From: Podarcis cretensis
Lineage: Eukaryota
Direction: 5' to 3'
Assembly: GCA_951804945.1 (NCBI GenBank)
Contig: OX638150.1
Span: forward strand, 70,990,001-71,054,000
DNA length: 64,000 nucleotides
A program made the translations under genes and the position numbers. The notes under the pieces were generated by a model. The model worked only from the letters and a program-made list of their open reading frames with translations, made no database searches and had not been told where the DNA came from. Positions within the stretch are counted from its first letter, which is position 1; each line of letters opens with the position of its first letter. Of this stretch, positions 11,517 to 23,953 are shown piece by piece.

Positions 11517-13112
11517 CTTGCCCTTCTAACTGCAGAAAGCAGCTCACACCCTACCTCCTTTCCATAACAAAGCTCTTCTCCTCATATAATTTACAATTCC
11601 CACCCACTGCTGAACATTCCTAATTAAACTGGGAAAGCCTAATGATTATTGCCATCTGTCCAACAGCAACACTTTCCCCCAACTTTAGATATATGAACTG
11701 AAATGGGAGCCATGTGATGCCCATCTCAAGATGCATTACATTGTTCCTGCAGCTTTGTAATCACACTGGGGTATGTGCTGACAACAGCACGGGCCAGTTA
11801 AGACAAGAACTCAATAGCTGGTGACTGATCACAGCCATGGCAACCACCAAATCGCTAGGATGCACACTCACATCCCTGCCTGAGACTATCATGCTGACAT
11901 ATTAGCTGTGTGTGTTTTTTCCAAGAGGACAATCTGCCAGTGGGACAGAACATCTGTCAAGTGCAACTCAAGATGCAGAGAATGAGGCATGTGGAGGGTG
12001 CCCGTTTCCATAGCCCTTATCCAAGGCTCAAATGAGGACACATGGGACTCTCTTCAATGTTAGCACAAGCAGATCAAAAGAAACTGATTCTCCAAGCAAA
12101 GGCTATGCTTTGTATTGTGGTCTATTGCCTAGTGGAGGTGGAGGTTAGGGTTAGGGTTAGGGTGGAGGTTAGGGAGGAATCAAAACTCCTATTAGGCATG
12201 CATGGCTCAGGCCTTAGGGCATGCCTAAAGCAGCTCTTTGAATCCCAGGTCATTATGTATTTCTAACCAGGGTTCTATAAGTCCACTCATGAGAGGACAT
12301 GCCCCCTCGCCCTATACTACATGCCCAGAACAAAGATCCTATTCCTGCTGGGGTTTTTGCAGGAGGTAGCCGTAGTGAGGTACTACTGGTGCTTCCTGCA
12401 AAAACCCAGCATGACAGAAGCAGTACCCTTCCTTCTTCCAAGGACAACTCAAGGGATGAAAGTTGGAGCAGCTTCTCTTCCTTCTTGCTAGGCTTCTGAA
12501 GGAGGGTGGCAAGTGAGGAGAACCACCCTGAAGGGAATGATCAGTGGCAACCACAAGTTATGGTTGTGTAATAAGCCACACCAAGACTCGGGGATCCCCT
12601 TTGCAAACCCCTACAAGGGAGATCCCCACTTCTCAATTCTGTATGCCTGCTTTAGATGCTATTAAGGCCTTTCAGTATAGTTGTCATGGTCTGGAAACCA
12701 TAGGAATTTATAGTAATACAACTGAGCTCATTGAAAAGGATGGCATGTAATTGTCACCAGCCCAGTTTTCCAGCCACCCCCGGTTAAACAAGCATTCCGA
12801 TAAGTTTAAATGCCTCCCAAGCCACGAAGAGTTTGGTGAGTTACTGACTTCTCACACCCCTGGCCCCAGGTCTCTCCCAGTGTGCCTTCTTGTTCTCCAT
12901 CTACCAGTCTAGATGTCTAGAAGTGGTTAACACATTTGTATAGAAACAAGAGCATCCTTACCGGAATACCACATCTCATTCTGGCACACATACCTCCAGA
13001 ATAGATTCCAAAATAATTATCAAATAAACAGCAATTATCAGACTTCACTGGAAGGAAATCAGTACCATGACAGTTAAACTGGCTTAAAGCAGTTTCACTT
13101 TGTAGTGTAGAT

Positions 13113-13248
13113 CAGGGTTTCCCAAACTTGGGTCTCCAGTTGTTTTTGGACTACAATTCCAATCATCCCCGACCACTGGTTCTGCTAGCTAGGGATGATG
13201 TGAGTTGTAGTCCAAAAACAGCTGGAGACCCAAGTTTGGGAAACCCTG
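13113..13248. mobile_element. Palindromic hAT MITE (related older copies at about 17761-17886, 30301-30435 and 62495-62625)
   Basis: Near-perfect long TIRs CAGGGTTTCCCAAACTTGGGTCTCCAG../..CTGGAGACCCAAGTTTGGGAAACCCTG; imperfect 8-bp TSD GTGTAGAT/ATGTAGAA. Confidence 0.8.
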
Positions 13249-13861
13249 ATGTAGAAGAACCTTTAAAAATTTTTAGTGTAAGTTTGTTAAAGAGCAAAAT
13301 GTATGCTGCAGTTCAGCCTAATACTCTGGGGCTGCTTAAATGATATCCATTTAGCGACTAAATGTTCACAGTGCCCCCTTCTGGTCTGACAGTAAGTCAG
13401 CAACTGGAGTTCTTAAAGGCACCCAGACCTTTTCCATCTAAACCAAAGCAGCTCAGCCTTCCATAGGAAAGTAACTAGTTGGCACTATGCCTGGCATTGC
13501 AGAAGAATGGCTGCCATTTTATAGGTAAGCATCAATGGGACTTCTAACCAAATGTACCATTAGTGCACGGCAGGTACAGGTCTGCTATGAGGATTTCTAC
13601 TGGGGGTATCTACAGCAAGTAAACTGAAGAAAAAGTAATGTAAGTAATCAATTGGTGTGATGCAAGTCTCCCCTCTTCAGATGATTTTTGCAAATCAGCT
13701 GAGGGAGGGATAATTTGCATCAACAGGAGGCTGCTAAACTGGAAGAAGAGGTTTAAAGCCCAGCATCATGCTTTTTTCTTTCTTTTTCCTGTCACTGCTA
13801 AAATTGTTGGGGGCTTGGGGATCAGAAAAAATTGCAGCTGGAGATCAGCCATCCCTGTTAT

Positions 13862-14301
13862 TGTTGTTGTTGTTTAGTCGTTTAGTCGTGTCCGACTCTT
13901 CGTGACCCCATGGACCAGAGAACGCCAGGCACTCCTGTCCTCCACTGCCCCCCGCAGCTTGGTCAGACTCATGCTGGTAACCTCGAAAACACTATCCAAC
14001 CATCTCGTCCTCTGTCGCCCCCTTCTCCTTGTGCCCTCCATCTTTCCCAACATCAGGGTCTTCTCCAGGGAGTCTTCTCTTCTCATGAGGTGGCCAAAGT
14101 ACTGGAGCCTCAGCTTCACAATCTGTCCTTCCAGTGAGCACTCAGGGCTGATTTCCTTCAGAATGGAGAGGTTTGATCTTCTTGCAGTCCATGGGACTCT
14201 CAAGAGTCTCCTCCAGCACCATAATTCAAAAGCATCAATTCTTCGGCGATCAGCCTTCTTTATGGTCCAGCTCTCACTTCCATACATCACTACTGGGAAA
14301 A
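13862..14301 (-). mobile_element. RTE-BovB LINE 3' fragment, young
   Basis: Intact ORF VFPVVMYGSESWTIKKADRRRIDAFELWCWRRLLRVPW..HGVTKSRTRLND; (CAA)n tail; 13-bp TSD CCATCCCTGTTAT at 13849-13861 and 14302-14314. Confidence 0.93.
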
Positions 14302-15072
14302 CCATCCCTGTTATAGACTCTGTTAATTGCCCTAGGCCCTTGAAAACTCTTGATTCATCCATGCATTTCTGCAAAAGCATCTCCATTACGATTTCATAGC
14401 AATTACAGCTATGAAAATACTATTGCTCAAGTCACAGAGTTAAGAGATAAAGACCCTAGATTCACGCTCCCTCCATAGTCTTCCAACAGAACAAAACCCG
14501 ATCCCTCTTCAATGAAAGCCAGCAGCATCAAGAAGCTACAGATCACAGAGACGGTAATTAGCCCCATTCCCATCCACTGTTCATGCCTCAGAAACTATTT
14601 AGAAGTTATATGATACAACAATAGTCCAAGGGAGGCCTCTATGATGAGCTGCAATCACTGCTGAGAAAAGGACCATATTTCACTACAATTAACAAACAAA
14701 TATCTGTTGGAGGTTATTAAGCAATGTGCTGTTTTCACTTGGAAAATGCAGCCTACTCTGTCCTCAGGCTGTTGATTTACTCCTGTTAAATTGAAATTTG
14801 TCCAGGAATTTGCTGTAGATCTCATATGCCATTTTAAAAATGCTTAATAGTAATATATCATCATTAGTCTGTTCCTATCAATGAAAGTGCAATATGACCT
14901 TTCCTCAAAAAGCAATGTGTTATTGAGGGCACTATAGATGAGGACAACATGGGCAAAAGAAAAGAAACAGCTAGTCTGCCCCACAGAACAGGAAGCAAAT
15001 GGGGCTGCAGAAACAGGAAGGGTTATGATTGCATCTGGCTGTCAGCATATCAGCTAGGCTGTAAAGGAACTA

Positions 15073-15314
15073 CAGTGGTACCTCAGGTTAAGAACTTAAT
15101 TAATTCTGGAGGTCTGTTCTTAACCTGAAACTATTCTTAACCTGAAGCACCACTTTAGCTAATGGGGCCTCCTGCTGCTGCGGCACCGCCGCTGCACAAT
15201 TTCTGTTCTCATCCTGAAGCAAAGTTCTTAACCTGAGGTAATATTTCTGGGTTAGCGGAGTCTGTAACCTGAAGCGTATGAAACCTGAAGCATATATAAC
15301 CCGAGGTAACACTG
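15073..15314. mobile_element. Tc1/mariner-superfamily (Tigger/pogo-like) MITE
   Basis: TA|CAGTGGTACCTC .. GAGGTAACACTG|TA; internal AACCTGAA repeats. Confidence 0.8.
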
Positions 15315-18186
15315 TAGTGTAGAAGCTAGATAGTGTACAGGATCAATGATGAAAGGAGTTCAATCTGGCAAGAAGGCAAACTAGATGCTGTGGTAGATCC
15401 AGAATCCCTGCTGAGGCCACTGTGGCTGATATAAAGGTAAGGGATGGAGGGAGCTTGTTACCCCAATTTGGGTGGGATGGGATTGGCCTCTATGGGGTTT
15501 CCCACAACCAGATTCAAAAAAATAAAAATTCACTTTAATATGGTGTGCTTGGCACATTTATATTTAGGGCTATGTGGCTTTGACCACAGGAGGGAGGATA
15601 TAATTAGGTTGATTTGTGTCTATCTGGAAGGCCTTGGTGGGGGGTGGAGAGGATCAGAAATAGCCTGTTTATAGAACTAAAATGCCTAGCCACATGGAGC
15701 TCAGCTGTCTGCAAAACAAGAACAACATTTTGAAAAAAATAAGACATGCCAAATGAGAAATTGAAACGTGACATACAAGAGTTTCATATGGACTGCATTT
15801 CGGTGAGAAGGATTAAACTAGATCAGGCAAGATAAAAGCAATCTGAATAGAGTTGCCACACTGGATGGCTGGTTACCTATTTAATTTTTTGAATCTAAAA
15901 GATTGTCAAATATTGCAAGTGGCCGTGATACTGGTGCTGCTTGAAGAACTAACCTGCTAATCTAGCATGTGCCTTTAAAACTGCCATTTGTTATTAAATA
16001 GTTGTTACTTTGCTTTATTTTTGCTTTAATTTCCTTTATAACAAAAAAATGCAACTGCAGACTGGCCCTGCTGTTCCAGGATAGAAGCCAATGAGGAGAA
16101 CTGCTCAGTAAATCATTCACTTTTATAGAAACCTTATGTAACAATTTTAAAAGCTGTAATTCAAAGCAATGCTTTTAAAAAGGTAATTTCATTCTTTCAC
16201 AGTTAACAGTTATCTAACTTGTTTTTGCAGTTAACGTAAGTATCAACCCACTTGAGAATATATTTTTTCCTTATACAGTCTTGACTGATCAAATGGGCCA
16301 AATCTTTTTGACCTGTCAAATGCCTATCCCTAGACCTGAATACAATTAAGGCTCATTTTAGAAGGAGGCTATGCAATATTTCTCCATGATCATTATGGGT
16401 ATTTGCATGTGTTTCACAGGGGAGTGAATGCACCCTTCTTTTTAAAACACCCCTCTGGACCTTTTTCAGGAGCTTGATGTTCCCATTTTCCTCCCCAAGT
16501 TGGAAAGGTCAGGAAGTAAAATATGTCCTTTCCCAAGTGAGGCAGAGGGGTGAGAGGAAGTGCTGATAGCTGTTTTTAATGCTACTTTAAGATCCACAGT
16601 AGACATCAAAAAGAGTGGAATTAAATGCAAAAAGTATTTATTGACTGCCTGCATTTGAGAAGTTGTTTACCTCATTCAGATGATTGTATCAAAACTTAAT
16701 CAGCCGAGATATGAACAAACCTTATGCCAGCCAAACCACTTCTTCCTGTCTTAGCATGTTGCAATTAACCCCAGAGGTCTTCAATTCCCCATAATTTCTT
16801 GCTATGTCTGAACCATGAAACTATGACAATCAGGATCAGAACAACCAGGTTCTTAAACCACCTTCCAACTATGGTTTAATATCCTGGCCTGGTTTCCCCC
16901 GGTCCTGGTAACCACAGGGCAGGATTCAACTAACGTACCCTGCCTGTTAGGAGACATGATTTTTTCTAGGTTGGAAATCAGAAGAGTAGCTACTACCGGT
17001 ACCTAATTTATAATGGAAAGGCTAGTTTCGTTTTTTCAAAAAACACAACAGGATGGGAGAAGAGATTATCAGATGACAAGCGAGTGTCAACCCACTGTCT
17101 CTAAAAGTACTGAGAGCTGTGGAAGGGACTTGTCCATCACGTCTGTCTGAGTACCATAACAAGGGCAATGAAGGCAAAGCAAGAATGCCATCAGCCACAC
17201 TGCAGTAGATCTGGAGGGGCATGTCAGCAGCCACCTTCCCTTGGGACTTGGCTTATTTTCCACTGTCATATGCTACTGCAGCTAGACATATTCACTGTTT
17301 AACACAACCAAACACAGCATGCCTTTATAGTTTTATCTGTCTAAACGATCTGCTGCCAGCATTGCTCAGTTTAGAAAGGTAACTGCATATGTAGAAAGAG
17401 TATTCTTTTGCTACAGCATGATGTGAGTGGTGCCTATGCATAAAGGTAAAAAGAAATGGCCTGCTTTCCTTTGGGCAGGACCATTCCCAGATCTAAATCC
17501 CAAAGCTTGTTCTTTCTAGAAAAAGAAGAACAAGAAGATGAAGAGAAACAGACAGAGATAGGACTGATCTCCCTTTAAAGTAAGAATAGAGTAGAACTAA
17601 AGATCATCTTGTCCAACTGTCCACCCCCTAAGCAGAATCTGCCACGAACCCACACCACACAACAACCAAGGAACATAATATAGTATAGGCTGCATGAGCT
17701 ACACAGCCATGTAAGCAGAGAACAGAAGCAAGCAGAGAACAAAAGCAAACAAAGTTACACCAGAGAGTGGCTAATACTCTAGATGTTGTTGGACTCCAAC
17801 TCCCATCAGCCTCAGCCAACAAGGGCTCAGGGATGATGCAAGTTGTAGTCCAACAACATCTGGAGGGCACCGCGTTGGCTACCTCTTTAAATAATTCAAT
17901 GGAAGGTTTAAATTGACAGGATGTCTCCCCCTTTTTTCTTTTAAATAGCTCTCAAGTACACTATAGTCGCAGCACAAAGCACCCAGAGACCAACGTACAG
18001 GACAGAAATTATTTGGGGATTTACTATCCTGTAACCAGACTGAGCATATGAAAACAGGGGGCAAAGACAAAGACTGCATCATTACCCTAATACACAATGC
18101 TACCAGGCTGCTCATTTCAGAATAGCAAACTAGAACACAAGCAATGAAATCTTCATCGCCATGGCGTGAAATTAAGCAGCACTTAC

Positions 18187-18271
18187 CCTTGGAAGTCAGT
18201 ATCAACAAGCAGCCGGACCAGAATTCCTGTCACAGCCACAAGGATTGGATAGTGATCTACGCTCTCCAGTC
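18187..18271 (-). CDS. RNF123: RNF123 exon 35 (last visible; the downstream intron hosts AMIGO3)
   Basis: [28 protein letters not shown](G); 85 nt; donor GG|GTAAGT. Confidence 0.95.
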
Positions 18272-20229
18272 CTAGGGAAGAAAACAGGTATTTCAAATTA
18301 CAATCAGTACTATGAAAAGTTAGTTTGTTGACTTCCCCTGAGCACCCCTTTTTATCTTCTTAACTATAGCAGAGGACAAATTAGCATAGCACTGCACTGA
18401 GAAACACCACCAGCCTAAGTTTTCAGGAGACCAGGAGGAGATAAATGTTTGTATTAATTCACTTAAAGATTTGTACTACTACATCCATCAGCTTCATCAG
18501 GTCTTTGCTAGAGCACCATAAGCTCAAATGAGTCTGCCTCCACCACCACTCCCAATATGGACAACCCTGGACAAAACAGAATGAACCTCCTTGGCAAACA
18601 GGAAATCTTAGAGATAAGTGACAAACACTAGAGAAAGCACTTGCTCATCTCTGCTAATGCCACTGTCTGGTTTTCTATTAGAAGGGCACTTAAAAGGATT
18701 GTGCAAAAAAAATGGAATGGTGCAAAGCCCTTCAGTAGTGGCCCAGCATTCCTCCACCTTCCAGTCAATATACAATCCTCCGAGTCACCCACACACAGAG
18801 TGTTTCTCAAGCACATAACCTTGAAAATGGCACTTGAAGACAGGTCTGAAGAAGTGCTGAGTGATGATTCCAATTTTCTCCTGCTTCTAGGTGAGCATGA
18901 AAGTAGCCAATGCTTTGAAATGTGGAAGACTTGGTGGTGGTCACACATGCCAATATGCCCCATGTTTCCAACAGGGCAGAGGTGCTCGAGCTGGGATAAT
19001 GGGGGTATGACTAAAGCAATGCTCAAAATTTTAAGGGAAGCGGAGGGAGGTAAAACAAGCTTGTCCAAATTTAAAATTAGGCACACTTCAGAGACAACTT
19101 TCTTCAGGATGACAGCTATCCATATGGTCCTTTACTCCACATGCTTACGACCACACCTATTCCAGAATGTTCTTTCGATCACACTACTTACGTCACACAG
19201 ACGCCAAATAAATAAATCCATCAAAGAATAGGAAAGTGTAAAAATGTGTGGAAGTGTGTGGATCTTTTTAAGCTCTCTCCATTCACAATCTCAATTTTCA
19301 ATGAGGGTTGAGCCCTTGTTCCCCAAGAAGGAACACAAAGGCACATTGACTCAGCAATATTGTTTTCTTCCTAATACTGATCAGTATGACATAGATCTGC
19401 AGCAGTGTGTGCCACAGCAGTTATTTAATAATGCTGTGTGAAGGGAAAGGGTCCGTGCTCTGCGGAAAGGGAGGGGAGGGGGGGACAGGCAGAGAGTGCA
19501 CACACTGCTAACACATGCTGTCCTTTTCTCATCATAAGACACCAGAATAACCAGCCAAAATGAAGGGCTAAAGATAATGGAGCTATAGCGTAAGTGGAAT
19601 CTAGTCAGCAATTTTGCAGTTAAATGCAGCTCCTGCTCATTCACTGGTATCACTCTCTGACAGCTTTTAGTGCGGAAGGAGGACATCTTGCCTCCCTAAA
19701 GATTACTTTGCAATTTAACAAGCTCTGTACAAGAATGGATTCCTTCACCCTGAGTAGGTGGGCACACAGCCATCACTTAATGACTGCTTACTGTTTAGAG
19801 CCAAAAGATCCCATTTCCCATCATTGCAGGTTTTATGCATTTCTGTAAGCAACGAAGGCCAAGACCACATGGGGCTTCCTTTTGGGATTGGATGCCATCT
19901 TTCATTCTCAGGTGTGCTCTGTTGGGCTCCTGCCTATCTGAAGGGCAGATGGGAGGGAGCAGTGGCATCAATGGAAGTTGCACTGACACCATAATCAGAG
20001 ATAAAAGGTCAGCACAGAATTCTCCCCACAGACATTTCCTTTTTTATATATATATTTTAAATTTTATTAATTTTATTCAGTACAAATTATCTTCTTGTTC
20101 AAAGGACTGGGAGTGGGTGAAGCCCCTGTGCAGACACAATGAATGTCCACAACCATTGGAAACATTCATGTGAGTTTGTAGAAGGAGAGAGGAATATTTC
20201 CCAGGATTGACGGGAGAATTTAGATCACG

Positions 20230-20435
20230 TAAGAATGAAGAAAGCTGCCTCACACCAGGTCAGAGGTTTTGTCTTTCTTACCTAGCTTTGCCTACTCTTT
20301 AGTGGTAGTGGCTCTGCAAGGTCTCAGACAGCTTTGCCACCACCTTTGAGCTCCTTTGAATTAGAGCTGCCAGGGACTGAACCTGGAACCTTCTGCATGC
20401 AAAGCACATCCTCTACCACTGAGCTATGGCCCCTC
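20230..20435 (-). mobile_element. Squam3-like tRNA SINE (further copies at about 44760-44925 + and 46890-47010 +)
   Basis: Minus strand begins GAGGGGCCATAGCTCAGTGGTAGAGGATGTGCTTTGCATGCAGAAGGTTCCAGGTTCAGTCCCTGGCAGCTC. Confidence 0.7.
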
Positions 20436-20480
20436 TCCCAAAGCAGGACTGACTGCAAGGTGGCTGGGAAGGTAGCTCAC

Positions 20481-20556
20481 CTGGCAGACGAAGATTGACC
20501 ACTCTGTCAAACAAGTTCCGCTCAGCTGTCACACGATTCAGCACCTGATTTAGCAG
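20481..20556 (-). CDS. RNF123: RNF123 exon 34
   Basis: [25 protein letters not shown]; 76 nt. Confidence 0.95.
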
Positions 20557-22638
20557 CTGTGGGGAAGGAAGAAGAGATGGCAGAATGATTAAAGCAGAAG
20601 ATGCAAGTTCTCTCTCTGCAGACTTGCAGAGATGCACATATGTTACTCCTGATACTTTCCAGTCTGATCATCAGGGTTTAGACAACTCAGTTCCCTCGGA
20701 TTCAGAAATCTCTCTACAACAGCAGGCACAATATTGGGCACTGCGTTGTAATAAGGTGTGCTGGGATACAGAAAGGGCCTTCCTTTATGCCCTGGAACTA
20801 TCTGCCTTTCAGACCCACAATAGCAGAGGACGGTCTTCCAAGAACATATATTTTACAGCAAATGGTGAGATACTAGATGGATGAATGATAACGCTCTGTG
20901 TGGCCTTAGATTTCATGGCATGGAGGATACCCATCAGCAGGGCTGCTCAGAAAAGAAATATGACAGGCCTCTCTGTGAACCATGAGAATGAGAACAGACC
21001 TGAGCCTTCAGCAATAACAGACTGAAAATGTGGCTCGGGTTGCATCAGCTCACATCTCAGGCTGTGGACACTTTCAATGAAAAAACTCTTAGAAGGCAAA
21101 ACAGCTCTTAATTCCACGGATGGATGGGGTCTCTTTCTAATAAGCCAAATTTCCACATGCATACAGTGGAACCTTAGCACAAAGGTACATGCAAGGCTGT
21201 GCAGAGAGGTATTTGATTTAAAGAAGTTGGGCAAAATGAGGAAATAGGCAGCAGTGAGTCATAATTCCAGAGAGCAAGCTGATGCTTCAACTAGAATGTG
21301 GCAGAATTCTGAAAATGGCACCCAAAGAACATTTGGCACACTGTTTTCCCCTCCAGGGATAAGTACTGCACTGTTTTAAGAAACAATTCATAAAAGCCTT
21401 TCAAAGAGTTCATTTCAAAATTAAAACCTGACATTTTGGTCAACCTATTTTCAACAGATGTGCTCAGAACAAATATGAGTGGTTTGGTCACTTCATCTGC
21501 ATGTAACTGCTTATAGGTGGTTCTGTTGTGCCACAAGCCTCTTTGCATGGCCAGTCATCGCATGACAACTCAAACTAGGTTTCCAGATGGATCTGCTACA
21601 GTGACCCATGCAAGCAAGTCCCAAGTGATGTCACACACACCTTGCCCTCCCCATCTTTAAGCATCAGTGTCTACATCTATAAGTTTCATGTTCTCCATTG
21701 TTACCAAATGGCTAATGGCTGTACGATTTAGCAGCTTCACTCAAGTGGCCATGTAATCTTGCCAGGACATCTGCACATCAACTGTCTGGTCATATGGTGG
21801 CCAGGCTGACCAGGGACAATGGAAATGGAACATGCAAGGCTACCTGTCTGGGCCTTTGGAACCTGATATTGTTGATGCCGGTTGGTGTTTCGGCTTTGTG
21901 TTGCTATTTTTCCTTAATCAACTTATGATTTTATTCTGTTTTATTTTATATTTATATTACATTGTAAGCTGTGCTGACAGCCACCTTGTTCTCCAACCTG
22001 GAGCAAACAGGTGGAGGGATATGAAAACATTGGAATAAATGAATGAATGAATTATTCTGTCTGTACTGAATGGGTTTGATGCATGGATAATGAAAACATG
22101 TGAGTATGAATTGATGCTTGACAGAAAAGGTGATTTACTGATACATCATGCTTTAAAAGCTTTAAGTAAACCATAGGGGGCATTAAGGCATTTGAAAAAG
22201 GAAGCAAGGGCTGAAGCTCAGAGAAGGAGATTCTTAGGAATATCACCGGGAAGGGGTACAGATTGGCTTATCCTTCCACTTCTTGAAATGTATGGCCGTC
22301 TTTACTCTGGAGTTCTTTTCCAGGAAGAAATTAAGGCTTACCAAAGAAGAAAAAGGGCAGTGAACTGGAGACCTTTATCTTGCTGCACACATACAATATC
22401 TGAATAATCACTAATAGAGTAAGACAGTAGTGGGGGAGGGGAGGGGAGGAGAGGGGAGGGGAGAGCCAGCCTGCAGTTTGTTAGCCCCTAAACTTGCTGG
22501 TGACACATTCTTTTAGAATAATATAGTTCACACTGGTAACTGTGACTGTGCCAAATGACAGCACCCACATCCTCAGCTAAAAACCTTTGCCCCTTGCCAT
22601 GTACCCAACCTAAAGTTTTCCTGCGGAGAAGTGAGTAC

Positions 22639-22827
22639 CTGTGCAAGTCTCCTGAGTAATAGCTCTGATGAGGGGCGACTCCAGTCCAGGAAGATCTCAG
22701 GAGCCAGTGTGACCGTCATTTCCAAGACCCTGAGCAGGCTCACTGACAGGTCAAAGCACGTTGCACACACCTTCAACTGGCGACTGTCTACAAAGTTTCT
22801 TTCCAGGCGCTCTGCAGCTTGCTGGAT
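22639..22827 (-). CDS. RNF123: RNF123 exon 33
   Basis: [63 protein letters not shown]; 189 nt. Confidence 0.96.
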
Positions 22828-23080
22828 CTGCCCAGGCAAAACAGATGCAGCTTAATGTAAGAACTGGAAGGGGGGGCAGCTGTTCTCTTCACACCTGCCC
22901 CTAACCCTCCCCCCTTTTCCAGTTCATGCACAAGTCAGCTCAATCCCAGCATCCCACAAGAACTGTGCTGCAAACTGCTACTGACACCTAGTAAGGAAAG
23001 GACTTTTGTTTTTATCCTCCAGGATGACAGGCAGAGGCTTACTCCTTCAATCAGATTTATTCCGGATCCACAACTCTCAC

Positions 23081-23220
23081 CTCCTGAATCATGCCAATGA
23101 ACTCTGAGAAGGCCCAGTTCAGCTGGTTAAGCACACTGTTGAGGAAACTGGGTGCCATTTCACGGTCACTCCGCAGCAGGTCCGCCATGTGTCGCTGCAG
23201 CAGGGTGGAGGGACAAGGCT
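23081..23220 (-). CDS. RNF123: RNF123 exon 32
   Basis: [47 protein letters not shown]; 140 nt. Confidence 0.95.
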
Positions 23221-23894
23221 CTGGAATGAAACAACAGCGGCTTCTTAAGAGGCCACACTACCGGAAGGTGCTGGGCAGCTGCTGCCCAAGCCCAGCCTGT
23301 TTCACTGCCATCGTGTGGAAATGGGGAACAGTTTATAAGTTTACAAGTATGTGCCCCTTTCACTGCATTCAGCTTCATTTTGTCTCTCAAAAATCACAAG
23401 GAATTCTTGGAGCCTCCTCCCAGCAGAGGCCCTCTTTACAATAAGTAGAGGCGGCAGCTGCCCTCCAAGGCCAGCTCTCACACATGGACTATTCTGAGCC
23501 TGTCCCATCTCTAAGGCCCGGAGCTCTTTGCCATAATGCCGGTCTGAATTAGCTGGGATGTGGTCATGCACATTTGCTGTCTCTCTGCAAGTAAGAAGCT
23601 GTGCCCTGCAGCTGAGCTCAAGCCAAGCATCCCTCCTGCTCATCCCCACAATGCCCTAGGTCAGCTCAGCACTAATCTCTCCTGAAAGCAGCATCACAGT
23701 AGCTCCCTAGCAGGGAATCAGCACCCAAGACAGACAGTCCCACTCCTCTCTGCCAGCATGGCACATGTTCACACTTGTTTGCCCATTTCTGATCAGGGCG
23801 AGAAATCTAAAGGGGAGGGGGAATTAAACCCAACTCTTTTCCAGCCTGCCCATGGAACCCAAAAGCAAGCCTGAAACAGGGGTGCATTTTAAAT

Positions 23895-23895
<1 letters not shown>

Positions 23896-23950
<55 letters not shown>

Positions 23951-23953
23951 TGT
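23896..23953. repeat. Compound (CT)n(GT)n microsatellite
   Basis: Read directly from the sequence. Confidence 0.95.

Noticed and set aside
13902-14399. 165-aa plus-strand ORF
   Set aside because: Antisense frame of the BovB fragment.
18861-18870. C-box-like GTGATGA suggesting a snoRNA
   Set aside because: Antisense to the host intron, with no convincing D box or terminal stem.
19445-19470. Possible REST/RE1 site (reverse strand CGCAGAGCACGGACCC)
   Set aside because: Only a partial match to TTCAGCACCnnGGACAG; too degenerate to call.
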